Assembly: GCF_006345805.1 (NCBI RefSeq)
Contig: NC_042997.1
Location: forward strand, 12,586,001 to 12,650,000
Direction of reading: 5' to 3'
Source of the DNA: Octopus sinensis
Taxonomy: Eukaryota
DNA length: 64,000 nucleotides
Numbering within the stretch: the first letter of the stretch is position 1; every line of letters starts with the position of its first letter. Both the position numbers and the translations under genes were made by a program. Below are positions 1-13,671 of the stretch, in pieces. The notes beneath the pieces are model-generated. The model ran no database searches and had not been told where the DNA came from. It saw only the letters and a program-made list of their open reading frames with translations.

Positions 1-64
1 CTTCAGAAATACTCGTTGTTTTACTTGTACAACTGTGCGGCATTATGTCACATGCCTTTTTTTC

Positions 65-422
65 AGGAGTGTGGTAAGTAGCTTGTCTACCAACCACATG
101 GTTCAGGTTCAGTCCCACTGCATGGCACATTGGGCAAGTGTCTTCTACTATAGCCTCGAGCCGACCAAAGCCTTGTGAGTGAATTTGGTAGACGGAAACT
201 GAAAGAAGCCCGTCGTATATATGTATATATATATATATGTTTGTGTGTCTGTGTTTGTCCCCTAGCATTGCTTGACAACCGATGCTGGTGTGTTTATGTC
301 CCCGATAGAATAAGTACTGGGCTTACAAAAGAATAAGTCCCGGGGTCGAGTTGCTCGACTAAAGGCGGTGCTCCAGCATGGCCACAGTCAAATGACTGAA
401 ACAAGTAAAAGAGTAAAAGAGT
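65..422 (+). mobile_element. SINE-A copy (tRNA-derived SINE) with internal deletion
   Basis: tRNA-like head with B-box-like GGTTCAGTCCC, internal (TA)n/(TG)n, tail CTCCAGCATGGCCACAGTCAAATGACTGAAACAAG plus (TAAAAGAG)n; the family recurs more than 10 times in the window. Confidence 0.85.
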
Positions 423-424
423 AC

Positions 425-1290
425 TACGTTCAATTTCATCAATCTGCATCTGCAATTTCCGATTACAACTTTATTAACCAACAACTGGTCATTAGTTGTC
501 CTACTTTGCCTCCTGCACCCCTTTCTGGTCCAATAGAAATAAATTGTTACTTTGCAGATGATAATATAACTTTTCTGTTAAGATACCAATCATAAAATTA
601 CAAAAATTTGGCAGAAAGGTTCTAAGTCTAAAATTTGTCAATGTAATTTTTATGGGATCCTTAAAACACAACAATCTTCGTCCACCTGTTTCACATAGAG
701 GAACGTGTCATTGCTGCAAGTATTTATCAAGGTGTGTTGCGATCCTTTCATGCAACAGTATAATATTCTTAAATCAATAATCTTATAGTCTATCTGGGTC
801 TGCTCCTCTTCAACTTGGTACTTTTCAACATCAGCCTTAGTGAATACAGATCAATTCTGACGTCCTTTTGTTTAGGTAAATTAACCCCTTTCCAACTCCG
901 TTATGTCTCAGTAGCTTGTTCCAAAGTTCTCCCCAAAATGTTTTACTTTCCTCTGCATCAAGAATCATTGCCTAATTTGTTACCCCTCCTTTAACGCCAC
1001 AACTCTTTGTGACAATTCCCTCAGGTACTGTTTGCCTTCTCATCTCTTCTATCCTGAACCGCCCAGTCAATTTTCTGAGTATTATCTCATTACTGAGTTC
1101 CTCTCTCACACCATTTAGTTACTCAATATATTTTGTGTCTTTTCCACCATCCCTTGCATTCTCTTCCTCTTTCGTTTCCTTTCCCTTCATTTCATCTATT
1201 ATCTTTCGCTTCTGTCCTATCGAAAGATGTGTAGTAGCCCCTATACATCGCATTGACTGTGAATTATAAAAGTGCGAACCCCTGACAACA
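425..1290 (-). pseudogene. Degenerate R4/Dong-like non-LTR retrotransposon, pre-RT and RT N-terminal region
   Basis: Manual translation across frameshifts: DAEESKTFWGELW; FKNIILLHERIA; NFRLRTFLPNFCNFMIGILTEKLYYHLQSNNLFLLDQKG; CRRQSRTTNDQLLVNKVVIGNCRCRLMKL. These resemble R4/Dong RT motifs (NYRPITCL...EQKGCRR...DQLLIDK). Confidence 0.7.
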
Positions 1291-1308
1291 TCTCAATATT
1301 AGATACTG

Positions 1309-1370
1309 TTTTACTCTTTACTCTTTTACTTGTTTCAGTCATTTGACTGCGGCCATGCTGGAGCACCGCC
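1309..1370 (-). mobile_element. SINE-A 3' tail fragment
   Basis: Reverse complement of the SINE-A tail (TTACTCTTTTACTTGTTTCAGTCATTTGACTGCGGCCATGCTGGAGCACCGCC). Confidence 0.75.
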
Positions 1371-2895
1371 GTTTTTTATCTTCACTTGACTCAGGATTAC
1401 AGCACTTCAAAGTGATGAGCTGTCGGAAAGCATGTCTGACAATTGGCCAAAACATCCACTCAGTGTCTTGGAAATTCAGCAAATGTTTCAGCTTTTGAAA
1501 TTCTGCAAATATCTGAGCCTCATCACCTTCAGTACACTGAAGTTTTGGGCTGTGGAAGTAGTAAGCTCAGTAACATAATCAAAACAAACACGCATCTAAA
1601 ATATGTTCAAAAGATAAGTAGAAGGAATTAGAAAAATAAACGAAGCGGTAAAAAGCGGTAAAAAAAAATAAGGGAAACACACATAGCTTTAAGCTTGAAA
1701 GCTAAGTGCACAAAAATGAAGATTAGAAATATTTATATGAAAGGTGTAAACCAACATGGACACCAACGACAATGTCAATAAGATATCATTTGAAAATATT
1801 TTGTCTCAAAATGAACGACTCGTCTTGACCTAGCTTAATGAAAAGAATATTAAGTGGACGAGGTAGGGACATCTAACTGAACACCCTCTTTGCTGTTGGA
1901 TGAATTTATTCAGAAGAAAGAAATGAGAAAGATGACATATCTCTGCTATTCAAACAGAAGAGATGCTTTCTAGATGCCCTCAAAAGAAAACATGGAGGAA
2001 GCTTCAGGCGATGTGTGTCAGGAGTTATTCTTTATTGACAGAACTGAATAGTGGCCGATGGAAGCGTGTGTAGGGTGTATAATTATGAGATTCAGGAGAG
2101 GAGTCAATAGGAAATGGTTTGACATACGCCTGCTATGAGTAACTGGATGGTCTCACGAATAGGAAAATCATTAACAAAGACGTTAGTTCCTGACCTGACG
2201 TCATTTTGCGTAACAGTATGAATGTTTCATGAGTGAAGGGTGACTCGCTGCAAAACAGAGATGGATGGGCTGTGTATAAACCTGCAGGTCCTGATGACCC
2301 TGATTACCAGAATTCTACGCCGAATATGTAACCCACTGAGAGTTCCGCAGCAGGGAACAATTAGAATGGTGATACAAAACAGAATTCCCAGTTTCTAGAT
2401 GTGTGGCAGTAAATCCAGTTGCAGTCACTTGCCCAGCGGAAAGAGAAAAAAAAATGGAAGAAAAGAGAGTACTGGACAAGAGCGAATGCACGCTAACGAC
2501 TGCGTTCCCTGAAAGGATGTCTATGCTTGCTCAGATCCATCTTAAGTGTAACTTCTCACCTGTGTACGTTCAGAGTGCACCGCTTAGCGGAGAATCAATG
2601 TCGCTGTATAATACATCTAATGTGCATGTATGTTTGTATGAGTGCTTTTGTGTATGTCTTAAGCTCAGTGACATTAGGTTGCAAAAGCTACACATGTGCA
2701 CATAGATGGGAATATGTACGTGTATACATGCATACATACATACATATATACATACATACATGCATACACACACACACACGCACACACACACATATAGCGC
2801 GTAATGGGTAAATTTTCGCTATTTCATATTTTTAATTTCGCGCATGCGCATCGTTTATTTTTGATTTTCATGATTACACAGAATAGTAGGATTAG

Positions 2896-4200
2896 TTGGG
2901 TATCGTCTGTGAGAGAAACAGCACCACGCCGCAATTCACTCAGCCAGAAATTTGGAAACGACCTGCTGCACTGCTTGGTATTCGCGCCAGAAGCTCCAAT
3001 AGGAACATTTCAGAGTGTCTGGGTGTCAATCTGAGGATTGTGCAGAGGATTCGAAAAGAGATGGGTGAGTCTGATGGTGATTAAGAAGAAAAACTCACTC
3101 TGATCGTTCTGATAAGAAAAGAAATCCTGAATTCTTTTTGTTGAGATCCAGACCATGATTGAAAACGATCCATTCAAGTGAACCATGTCCATCACCAGGG
3201 ACGTGGTAGTGTCTGAGTTTCTTATTATGCAGGTAGTGCATGAAAAAATTCATTCTATATTCCTCCTACAAGATGAGAAAGGGCCAGCTATCAAGAACAA
3301 GAGGAAAGACCACGCTACGAAGCTTTTGAACAAACTCAAACCTCCCCTCCAACTGAACATGCTTTGGTTTTTCTCAGAAAAATTTCTGCCAAGATCAGAT
3401 GGTGAACGCACAAAACAACCTATTTCTTTACTACCCACAAGGGGCTACACACAGAAGGGACAGACAAATGAATTAAGTCGATTATATCGACCCCAGTGCG
3501 TAACTGGTACTTATTTAATCGACCCAAAAGGATGAAAGACAAAGTCAACCTTGGCGGAATTTGAACTCAGAACGTAACGGTAGACGAAATACCGCTAAGC
3601 ATTTCGCCCAGCGTGCTAACGTTTCTGCCAGCTCGCACAAAACAACCGTTGGCTTGCCATGTCCCCAAAACATATACCGAGAATGATAAAAATGAAGCAT
3701 CCAGTCAACATCATGATGTTTGGTTGATCACTAGCGATGGCAACGGCATACCTGCATTCATCATCTCCCCACACGGCCTCAGACTCAACACGGAGGCATA
3801 CATCAAGTGCCTGGAGGAGGTAGAGCATCGCTGGGTAAACAGGGTGGCTACTGGAAGATGCTATATCTGGCAACAAGATTCTGTAACATGCCAAACAAGC
3901 AGAAGAACCCGGTTATGGCTGCCAGACAATTTCTGCGAGCACATTATCCCTAACATATGGTCACGTAACTCACCAAACTTCAACGCTCTTGGTTATTACG
4001 TGTGGAGCACAGTTCAGCGAGCGACCAACAAAGCTCCTTGTAACACCAAAGATGAACTGAGGGCAAAGATTATGGCAGCGTTCACCAACTTAAACAAGGA
4101 GACTGTCTAGAAGTTGCAGGAGATTCTGAAATCGTCTGGAGGCCATGGTTGAAGCCAATGGCGATTATATTGATTAAATTTACACTTTAGTAATTCAAGA
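2896..4200 (+). pseudogene. DD37D-type transposase pseudogene
   Basis: HTH-like ISECLGVNLRIVQRIRKE; WFFS(D); HPVNIMMFG; WQQDS followed 37 residues later by the decayed third Asp position (NSPNFNAL|G); stops, frameshifts and a SINE insertion. Confidence 0.8.
3421..3634 (-). mobile_element. SINE-B with target-site duplication
   Basis: Near full-length body (GAGCTGGCAGAAACG...GTAAAGAAATA); GCACAAAACAACC repeated at 3408-3420 and 3635-3647. Confidence 0.9.
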
Positions 4201-4307
4201 TATTTTTATGTAATTTTGGTAAATATATCTGTTAAGATGGTTAAAATGAGATGTCTGTGTTATTTTCGTTTTTGCGTAATTTGGATTTATTCACCGCACC
4301 CAATATA

Positions 4308-4378
<71 letters not shown>

Positions 4379-4411
4379 CTTTATTTAAAGCAGCAGAAAA
4401 TTCAACAAAAC

Positions 4412-4449
4412 CTGTTACTCTGAGTTTCCCGTTGCCGTTCATCGGACAG
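4412..4449 (-). ncRNA. Minimal type I hammerhead-like motif with variant core CCGAUGA
   Basis: - strand: ctgt CCGATGA acg gcaa cgg GAAA ctcagag TA acag; lies in a short repeat (~4380-4580) flanked by (TA)n; related copy at 53157-53194. Confidence 0.5.
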
Positions 4450-5430
4450 TTTTTGCTAGAATGGAACCGATATGTCAATTCTATCCAGACTAGTGTAAAC
4501 GCTACACCTTTAAAAATGGACTTGTTTGATTGGCCCTTTACAAATAACGGTCAATTTTCGAGCGATAAACAAAAATGAGCTCAAAAAAAAAAATATATAT
4601 ATATACACAATATATATATATATATATAAAAATTATAAAAATCATAAAATTCGAGGGAAAACCTTACATTGAATAAAATACATATTGTCATTAATGAAGG
4701 AAATATAATTAATACATGGAAATTGAAATTAAAATGTTAAAATGCATTAAAATATTACACGGCAGTACATATTCATATTAAACTATAAATATATACATCA
4801 ACATACACAGACAGATGCGTGCAAACCACATACATATACAGACGTATAAATATAAAGCTAAAATATACACACAAATGCATGTATACATATGCATACGCAA
4901 TCTAGTTCGCACGCAAGCTAAAACCATAGATGAGGAAGGGGCGTTCTTATTTACGATGCAAAGTTGAAGACATGAGTAAGGGAGGGGGCGGGCGTAAAGT
5001 TACAGGACTCTATACAAGTATCGGATAGGTAGAGAAAAAACGAAAGAAAGGAAGAGAGAGAGAAAAAAGAAAAAGGGAGAAGGAAAAAAGAAGAAAAAAA
5101 GAAGAAAAAAGGAGGGGGGAAACGAAATTAGAAAAAAATATGTATACAAACTGTGTAACCGCGTATACTGACGCATATATATAGAGACAAGTACGCATAC
5201 ACACAAGTTCAAGTGGATACATACACATACAATCGTGTATGGGTGTGCTTAAGTAAAAACATACGCTCACTTACACATATACTGAGACGTATGCTTACAA
5301 ATACATATTCGTGGCTATACACATATTTACATCAAAATGCCTAGTTTGTGACAACATTGAGCATATTACTCTACCACTGGTATTTGAGTACTCTTTTTTC
5401 CACCTTGTTTCACATTTATGTGTTCACTCC

Positions 5431-5499
<69 letters not shown>

Positions 5500-5544
5500 T
5501 GTATGTATGCATGCATGCATACACACACACACACGCACACGGTT

Positions 5545-5760
5545 AATGAGGATACATGGTCTAGTGGTTACAATGCTGCACTTGAGATCACGAGATCGTA
5601 GTTTCAATTCCTGGACTTGATGATGCGTTGTGTTATTGAGCAGAACATTTCATCCCAGGTTGCTCAGCGATCCATTCGATACCTGACGTATGGCACACCG
5701 TGCACCTGTTCAGGTAACAACGATTTGATAGAAGCAGGGAACTGACGTTTAACTCACTAT
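5545..5760 (+). mobile_element. Degenerate tRNA-derived SINE (SINE-C-like head)
   Basis: A-box-like TGGTCTAGTGGTTA and B-box-like GTTTCAATTCC, then TTGTGTTATTGAGCAGAACA resembling the CORE-like segment of 61221. Confidence 0.5.
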
Positions 5761-5910
5761 AAACAAAACACCTCCGCAGGTTTTACAAAAAGAAATTGCA
5801 GAACCGTCTTTCTCGGACTACGGGAAACAAGCTACCCTATGATAATATATTTTGTTGTTGTTAAGCAACAAGACGGGTAAGGGTGATTAGGTGATGCTCC
5901 AGGGCTTAGG

Positions 5911-6138
5911 CGAGCTGGCAGAAACGTTATCGCGCCGGGCGAAATGCTTCACGGCATTTCGTCTGCCGTTACGTTCTGAGTTCAAATTCCTCCGAGTTCG
6001 ACTTTGCCTTTCATCCTTTCGGGGTCGATAAATTAAGTACCAGTTACGCACTGGGGTCGATGTAATCGACTTAATCCGTTTGTCTGTCCTTGTTTGTCTC
6101 CTCTGTGTGTAGCCCCTTGTGGGTAGTAAAGAAATAGG
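5911..6138 (+). mobile_element. SINE-B with 13-bp target-site duplication
   Basis: TCCAGGGCTTAGG at 5898-5910 and 6139-6151. Confidence 0.9.
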
Positions 6139-6717
6139 TCCAGGGCTTAGGAGTGGGAGACCCCAGACCTTGGAAAAAAAAAAACTTTGGTCGTCTTGTT
6201 GTATTCGAAGGCTCTTCGTTAACGCCCGACACCACTGGGAGGTGGCCCTCGAAGTCGCTGGAAATGGAGATCTCCAGGTCCAAATTCTTGAACGGCTGAT
6301 AATATCAGGTTAACATATGCTTAAGTGTGTCTGTATATGTGAGTGTGTGCACGTGTATTTGAATGTAAATGTTGGAGGTAAAAAAATGTGTGACGAATGA
6401 GAATATAGGAACTAAGTTGTTGAAAATTTATAAGTTTCCTCTTGGTAAGAGTGTCATATAAAGTGAATGTGTGCGAGTGTTGTATTCTCTCTTTTCTGTG
6501 TTCGTGTGTCGGAATGATTATTGAAATGTATGTATCCTAGTGTGTCTATCTTTGTACATTAATTGTATCCAAGCGTATATTCGAGTACATATGTAAACAT
6601 GTGGCATTTTAGTTTTGGCTAACACATGTGGTGTTTTCATGCTGGTGTGTGTATGTGTGTGCGTGTATGCTAATTCATGTTTGGTTTAGCTCAGTAGTGT
6701 GTAATCTGTGAATTCTT

Positions 6718-6892
6718 ATTCTTTTATTTAATTCAGTCATCCGACTACGGCCATGCAGGAGCACTGCATTGAAAGGTTTTGGTCGAACAAATCGACCCCA
6801 AGGCTTATTTTTTAAACCTAGTACTTATTACATCGTATCTTTTGCCGAACCACTGTATTACGTAGGCACACCAAAACCGGTTGTCAAGCGGT
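6718..6892 (-). mobile_element. SINE-A, degenerate 3' half
   Basis: Diverged match to the SINE-A 3' half. Confidence 0.65.
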
Positions 6893-6926
6893 AAACATAA
6901 AAACAAAGACACACGCACACGCATAT

Positions 6927-6974
<48 letters not shown>

Positions 6975-7090
6975 TACGATGTGATGGCTGTCTGATCTTG
7001 CATGCATCCGCTCATGACACGCATTATATTTATTGGGCTTCGATGAAAGGAATCCATCTCTGAACCCACGAACGAGACTGAGCGCTCGTA

Positions 7091-7318
7091 TTCCTTTATT
7101 CTTTTGTTCTTTTATTCGTTTCAGTCATTTTGACTGCGGCCATGCTGGAGCACCGCCTTTAGTCGAGCAAATCGACCCCAGCAGTTATTCTTTGTATGCC
7201 TAGTACTTATTCTATCGGTCTCTTTTTTGCCAAACCACTAAGTTATGGGGACGTAAACACACCAGCATTGATGTCAAGCGATGTTGGGGGACACATACAC
7301 ACACAAACATATACACAC

Positions 7319-7349
<31 letters not shown>

Positions 7350-7515
7350 TATATAAACGACGGCCTTCTTTCAGTTTCCGTCTACCAAATCCACTCACAA
7401 GGCTTTGGTCGGTCCGAGGCTATAATAGAAGACATTTGCCCAAGATGCCACGCAGTGGGACTGAACCTGGAATCATGTGGTTGGTTAGCAAGCTACTTAC
7501 TACACACCCACTCCT
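7091..7515 (-). mobile_element. SINE-A, full length
   Basis: Head, internal microsatellite and tail all present. Confidence 0.85.
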
Positions 7516-7929
7516 GCGTATGTTAAGATTTCATACAAGCACGCACGCACACAAATGCTCATACACACAAATACATACACATATACACTAATAAGAAATA
7601 AGAAAAAAATTATTTAGTAAGATGACGAATTTATAATTTACATTTTCAAATTGATAATTCACCAAGTATAATTAGAAACTTCGCGCTCGGATTCCTCTGT
7701 CAGCTTCGCTCGCACGTTTGTAATATAAATAAATACATAATTAGTATATTCAATTATCCATGGTAACACAGGCAAACACTTTCTTGCTCGTGACATACAG
7801 ATATATATCGCCTGTGTATATACATATACATACGTAAGTGCGAGCATGCACTTACGTTAATGGAAGAAGGGAGATAATAGTGTGACAATATACAAATAGT
7901 CGATATTAACCTTTTGAATAGGTAACCAC

Positions 7930-8279
7930 GGCGACATGATGGTGGTGATGGTGACGAAGATGATGATGATGATGACGACGATGATGGTAATATTTATGAT
8001 GCTCAGGATACTACTGCTGCCACTAATAATAATGGTGATGGTGATTGCGACGATGAAGTTTACGATTCTAACGATAATGCTGAGTGTGATGGTCAAAACC
8101 ACCTTGATCTTGGTCGGTGATGATGATACTCATAATCATTGATTTAAAGTAATAGTAGTAGTAGCAGTAGTAGTAATAGTAGTAGAAGTAGCAGTGACTA
8201 TCATCATCGTCGTAAAGTAAAAGTTGTAGTAGTAGTAATAGTAGTAGTAGTAGTAGTTATAGTAGTATCGACAATAGCT

Positions 8280-8338
<59 letters not shown>

Positions 8339-8484
8339 TGTGTTTAGTGTTGTTTTTGTTGTTGCTGAAAGAATGGACGAAGTAGAAGCTAATGGCAATG
8401 GTTGCTTGTTACTGAGCTACGATGGTAGTGGTATTAATTGTTATGTTTTTTTTCCTTTTGCGGCAGAGCAAAAGTTGTTGTAGT

Positions 8485-8530
<46 letters not shown>

Positions 8531-8590
8531 TTAGTAGTAGTAGTTGTAGTAGTAGTAGTAGTAGCAGTAGTAGTAGTAGTAGCGATGATG
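7930..8590. repeat. Compound trinucleotide microsatellite, (GAT)n/(GTA)n/(GCA)n
   Basis: Directly visible; source of the poly-S/T/V/A ORFs. Confidence 0.95.
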
Positions 8591-8887
8591 TTAGGGATAG
8601 GGTGTAGTAGTTGAGGTGAGGGTTGTTCTGATGATGAGTAATGATCTTGAAGAAATGTAAGTTTGGGGGCCCGAACTGATAAGGCGGCGCATAAAAGTGA
8701 CATATATGATATGGTGAAAGCAGTTACGTAGCTAATAAGGGAGCAAGAGGAGTGACCGCGCCCCACGAGCACATTTTTCATAATTGGCGCCTGTTCACCA
8801 TTTTAAAAAACTCTCCTTATCTATATCAGTAGTTGTAAGTTTCATACATAATGACATTGTTACTGAAGCATGAAAGTAATGACTACT

Positions 8888-9120
8888 AAGGCGGCGAGCT
8901 GGCAGAAACGTTAGCACGCCGGGCGAAATGCCTAGCGGTATTTCGTCTGCCGTTACGTTCTGAGTTCAAATTCCGCCGAGGTCGACTTTGCCTTTCATCC
9001 TTTCGGGTCGATTAAATAAGTACCAGTTACGCACTGGAGTCGATATAATCGACTTAATCCGTGTGTCTGTCCTTGTTTGTCCTCTCTGTGTTTAGCCCCT
9101 TGTGGGTAGTAAAGAAATAG
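8888..9120 (+). mobile_element. SINE-B, full length
   Basis: AAGGCGGCGAGCTGGCAG...GTGGGTAGTAAAGAAATAG. Confidence 0.9.
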
Positions 9121-10195
9121 AAATTAATGAATGCAAAATATAATTACGTATATTATAATTAATGAAACGTTTCGAGTAATATAAAGGAAATGAGCTTAAA
9201 ATTGTTTGGCTTAAGTCACGGCGCCTCTTTTTTATGTCTCCCCCACCAACTTTAGAACTTGGCTATGCCTCTTGCTGAAGGTGGCAACCCTAGAACTGAA
9301 ATTGCGTGATGGTGTGATAGTATTGAGTTGTACTGGGGTCTAGTTGTGTGTGGTGCGTTGCTGCGACTGGGTGTCAGTAAGGAAATGGTGGTGTGCTGTG
9401 TAGTCTATATGGTTATGTGATATTACTGGTACGGCTTTGTGATGATGTTAAAACATTAAGTTCTGTGTTACTTGTGCTCTGTAGGGTCGTTGTGAAGTTT
9501 TGTAAAGTGAGGTCATTGATGTAGGGTGGTTTCGTGTTTTTGTCTTGTATTGTAGATGTTATAGTGTGATGGTGTGCTAAGATAGATGTATCCATCATCA
9601 TTGTCGTTATTTTGACTCATATAAGCCCTGCTAGAGCGGATCTATGATCAAAAGCATTGCAAGGGTGACCATCCCATTTAATTTTTATTCATTACTCTTT
9701 TTGTCCAATAGCCATAGAACACAGAACCTCATTTACTTAATGTATGATTTTATGAGACTGGAGGATAAGATTTAACGTTGAGGTGGCTGCTATTTCTTGC
9801 ACGTCTGCCGACCACTCAGACGACTGCGCATTGGCTCGCGTGGTGTTGCATTGTCTGGTTTTATAGCGTGGAAATGGCCGCGTGGTGATGGAGATATAGA
9901 GGTGAAAGTAATGTGAGAGCGTCTAAGAGAGACAAATAATCAGCAGGTGTACAGCTACATTATGCATGTTTACGAGGCTGTTGCAACATACTGTCCGGAT
10001 ATGTTGCACAGCCAACACCAACCTTTACGACTAGCCATCCACACCGATCATTCGGAGTTTCTACCTTCAACGCCTTCCGGTTTCCGGAAGAAAAACATGT
10101 CGGTTAAGTATGTGTGTACAAACGCACACATATATATCTATGTGCTTGTGTGCGTTTGTGTGCGTTTTCTGTGTGTGTGTTGTATGTGTTTTCTC

Positions 10196-10289
<94 letters not shown>

Positions 10290-11049
10290 AGTATATGTGC
10301 GTGTGCTAATACAAAATTAAAATAGCCAAATTCGCAGACAATAAACAATATATATTGCACACGAACACACCAAAGCAAATTCATACACATACACAAATAC
10401 ACACATGCATATATTCTTACAAATACTTATGCACACACATTAGCTCGTGCACACACTCACGCACCTACACACGAGCACGCAGACGCACATACACCGCATC
10501 GATTTAAATGAATTTCTATATCTCACTACCTACCTATTCATATGCAATTTGTTTGTGTGTGTGGGTGTGTGTGTAGGCATATATGCATGTGTTTGTATGT
10601 TTGTACGTAAACACTAACCATATGATCATATACAGATATATGCATACATACATACATATATATACACACACACATACTCATACTGATGTGTATATCCGGG
10701 CGCGCACAAGCGATCATATAATGACATTCATCTCTCCATATACGGAGACTTTAACAGAGACCGCCCCACATACACGTGTTAATAAATACACACATCTCCA
10801 AAAGAAGACGTTAACATATTACATTGAAACAGGAATATTTGCCTGGATTGCTGTTTGGTTAAAGATGTTCGCCTCTAAGCAATTTTGTCCGGTGCGGTAG
10901 CGATTCTGCCAGCTTGCCGTCTTCTGATTCTTATAGATTGGTTTCAAGTTTTGGCACAAAGCCAGCAATTATTGTGAAAGGAGTTAAGTAGATTTCGTGG
11001 AAGCCAGTGCTCAACTGGTGCAAAAGGAGGGAATGTAATATTTAGTGAA

Positions 11050-11360
11050 ATGATTGTATACAACAATAACAATAAAACGGGTGGGGGCATCAGGTATATT
11101 GTTGGCAAATTTCAGGAAGCATGGAAGTTTTGAAGGATGTTGTATCACAACAGCTATCAACTGATGCACGTAGTTTCTTACATACTTCAGTAATTCTGAG
11201 CATGAAAAAAATATATTTCCGAAAGTTATGGATGTTGTGTTGTGTTCTGATTTTGTAAGCATCTCCATGAGTGTTAGAAGTATGGAATTCAAAAAGGTGC
11301 CCAAGGTTGTTGATGGAAAGATGGTGGATAAATTTGTGGGTGTCTGCCATGTCAAAGTTG
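11050..11360 (-). pseudogene. CR1/L2-group LINE ORF2 C-terminal relic
   Basis: THKFIHHL...LFEFHTSNTHGDAYKIRTQH...FRKYIFFMLRITEVCKKLRASV...SFK resembles the CR1-type end (TRGH.YKL...RK.FF..RV...WN.LP). Confidence 0.6.
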
Positions 11361-11499
11361 ATCTCGCCTTTACTTGAATTAAGACAGTAAAGGCGGACGA
11401 AATGCCGTTAAGCGATTTTCCCGGCGCGGTGGCGATTTTACCAGCTGGCCACCATAGTAATTGTTATATATTATTTTCAATTTTTGAAAGAATTTTTGA

Positions 11500-11644
11500 T
11501 CGAATAAATCGACCAAAGTACATTTTTTTTTTTTGCTATGCCTGGTACTTATTCTATCGGTCTCTTTCACCAACCGCTAATATACAGGAACGTAAATATA
11601 CCAACTCCGGTTGTCAAGCGCTGGTGGGGAACAAACAGACACAA

Positions 11645-11709
<65 letters not shown>

Positions 11710-11790
11710 TATATATACACGACGGTCTTTTTCCAGTTTCCGTCTACCAAATCCACTCACAAGACATTTGTCAACCCGAGGCAATAGTAA
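11500..11790 (-). mobile_element. SINE-A, degenerate
   Basis: Diverged match with internal (CA)n. Confidence 0.6.
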
Positions 11791-12699
11791 AAGACACTTT
11801 ATTTTATATCATTTGCCATAAAGGCAGTACACAGATATGTAGCTTTGCGGGTTGGACAAGACATTAATAAGGCGAATGATAATAATACAAGATGATAAAG
11901 ATGAGAGAAGACGGAAAGCGCCCACCGACCCTCTGCTTCTCTAAAACATTATTTTTTAAAAACAACATATATAGAGGTATTAAACCTCTTACAAATATAT
12001 ACAAAAAATTGGACTAGAAGTCCATCAAAAAGGAAACAAATTTTATACATATGGAGGCGATAAATCTCTTACATTACTCCCTCAATTAACATCATTGCGG
12101 CCTGCAGATATTTCTGCAGCCACCAATCGGAGCCAAAAAAAGTAATCTGTAGTCCTCCTTTGAGAAGGATCTTGATCTGTGGAAAAATATCTTTTCTTTC
12201 CAGCACCAGTGCAGGCGAAGGCCACTCTGGACTGTCAATAAAAATCGGGTCCATCAGAACCTGACTATCAAGATTATTTTCCACATTATTTTCCACATAC
12301 TCCTCAATAGAGGAATACAAATTCCTCATCACTTTCATTGAAAGGGACCTCAACCACCTCGCTCGGTGGCACACATCCCACTGACAGTTTCCTTCTTCTC
12401 CCTCTCCGGTGGCACATATCCCACCAAAGAGGTTTCGGGACGTGCCTAATTGCTATATGTTAGCATCAATATAAGCTTTTAAACTCCCCACATCTCACCA
12501 CTCAAACACACCACGACTTTACCACTCGCTTTCATTATGTTCTGTGTTAATATTTGACACCGATTTAACTCTTCTCTTATTTTCCTATTTTTTCTTCTCC
12601 ACTTCTGCTTCTGTTTCTCCTCTGCATAATTTTTACTCTATTTTCTTCTTGTCTTCGTTATTCGTACTATTTTTTGTCAGGCTAGTTTATCAGCTTCTC

Positions 12700-12703
12700 C
12701 TCC

Positions 12704-12734
<31 letters not shown>

Positions 12735-12830
12735 ACAACACCTCTGTCTTCTTCTTCTTCTTCTTCTTCTTCTTCTTCTTCTTCTTCTTCTTCTTCTTCT
12801 TCTTCTTCTTCTTCTTCGTCTTCTCCTTCT
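12700..12830. repeat. (CAT)n/(CTT)n microsatellite
   Basis: Directly visible. Confidence 0.95.
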
Positions 12831-13305
12831 TCATCTATATTTTCTCTCGTCATTCCCTCTCTCTGATCTCTAGTTGCCGTTTCTAGGAGGTTAAGCGACT
12901 GCGTAGAAGCTCTTTCATTGTCTTTGACAAAAGCCGTGAGGAAGTCAGCTCTTGAAGCAGGCATAAAAATTGCAATCAAAACAGTACCAGTCACCTTCCA
13001 CCCCTCGTCCTTCGAACATACCATAGCGACGGAGAATGGTAAAATTGCTGAACTGGATTTTGTCATTTAAATCCAATGACGGCTGCAGTCAAATGACTGA
13101 AACAAGTAAAAATTAAAATAAAGAAAAGGAAAATGCAAATAAATGTCATACTACCATTTCATTTCTTGGTCCGTTTTTCATTTTATAAAATTCTCAGGCG
13201 ATGGATGAATAATGAAAAGTCGTATCCACGCACATGCAAGAGTGAAAGAAAATCTGAACAATCAGTTTCGATGTGAACGGGCTATCATCTGATAAAATGT
13301 GACAA

Positions 13306-13360
<55 letters not shown>

Positions 13361-13444
13361 ATATACATGTATGTATGTATGCGTGTATGTATGTATGTGT
13401 GTATGTATGTATATATGTGTGTGTATATATATATATATAATATA

Positions 13445-13632
13445 TATATCCTTTTTTTTCTCTCCTTGTTTCTCTCCGTGTTTCTTTTCTGTGTATCTAT
13501 CTGTTGAAGAGCGTAGGCTCGAAACGTAAAAGACTTGTTTTATTTATATTCCTGAGCGCCATACTAATACAATTGTTTGTTTGTACTCCACCTGCCTTCG
13601 TTTTTTGTTTATTTTCATAAAGCTTCCAGTTA
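13445..13632 (+). mobile_element. Solo 3' terminus of a Penelope-like element, with hammerhead-like motif (13496-13533)
   Basis: Near-identical to the 3' end of the RT/GIY-YIG element at 45692-48350; flanked by (TA)n. Confidence 0.8.
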
Positions 13633-13671
13633 TATATATTATATATATATATATATTATATATATATATAT

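Larger units (their letters stand above)
2795..4303 (+). mobile_element. Dead Tc1/mariner-superfamily transposon, maT (DD37D)-like
   Basis: Transposase relic between degenerate terminal inverted repeats, with TA/(TA)n at both ends; interrupted by SINE-B at 3421-3634. Confidence 0.8.

Noticed and set aside
1860-2460. Higher-GC segment resembling a decayed retroelement
   Set aside because: No diagnostic motif found in any frame; left unclassified
9280-9296. hAT-like terminus GGTGGCAACCCTA
   Set aside because: No partner inverted repeat or 8-bp TSD found
9947-10110. ORF segment, and an ankyrin-like LHYACLRG in another frame
   Set aside because: No polypyrimidine acceptor, the motif is too short, and the frame closes quickly
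12069-12374. 101-aa ORF with DGPDF-like text in another frame (Tc1-like?)
   Set aside because: Similarity too weak to call
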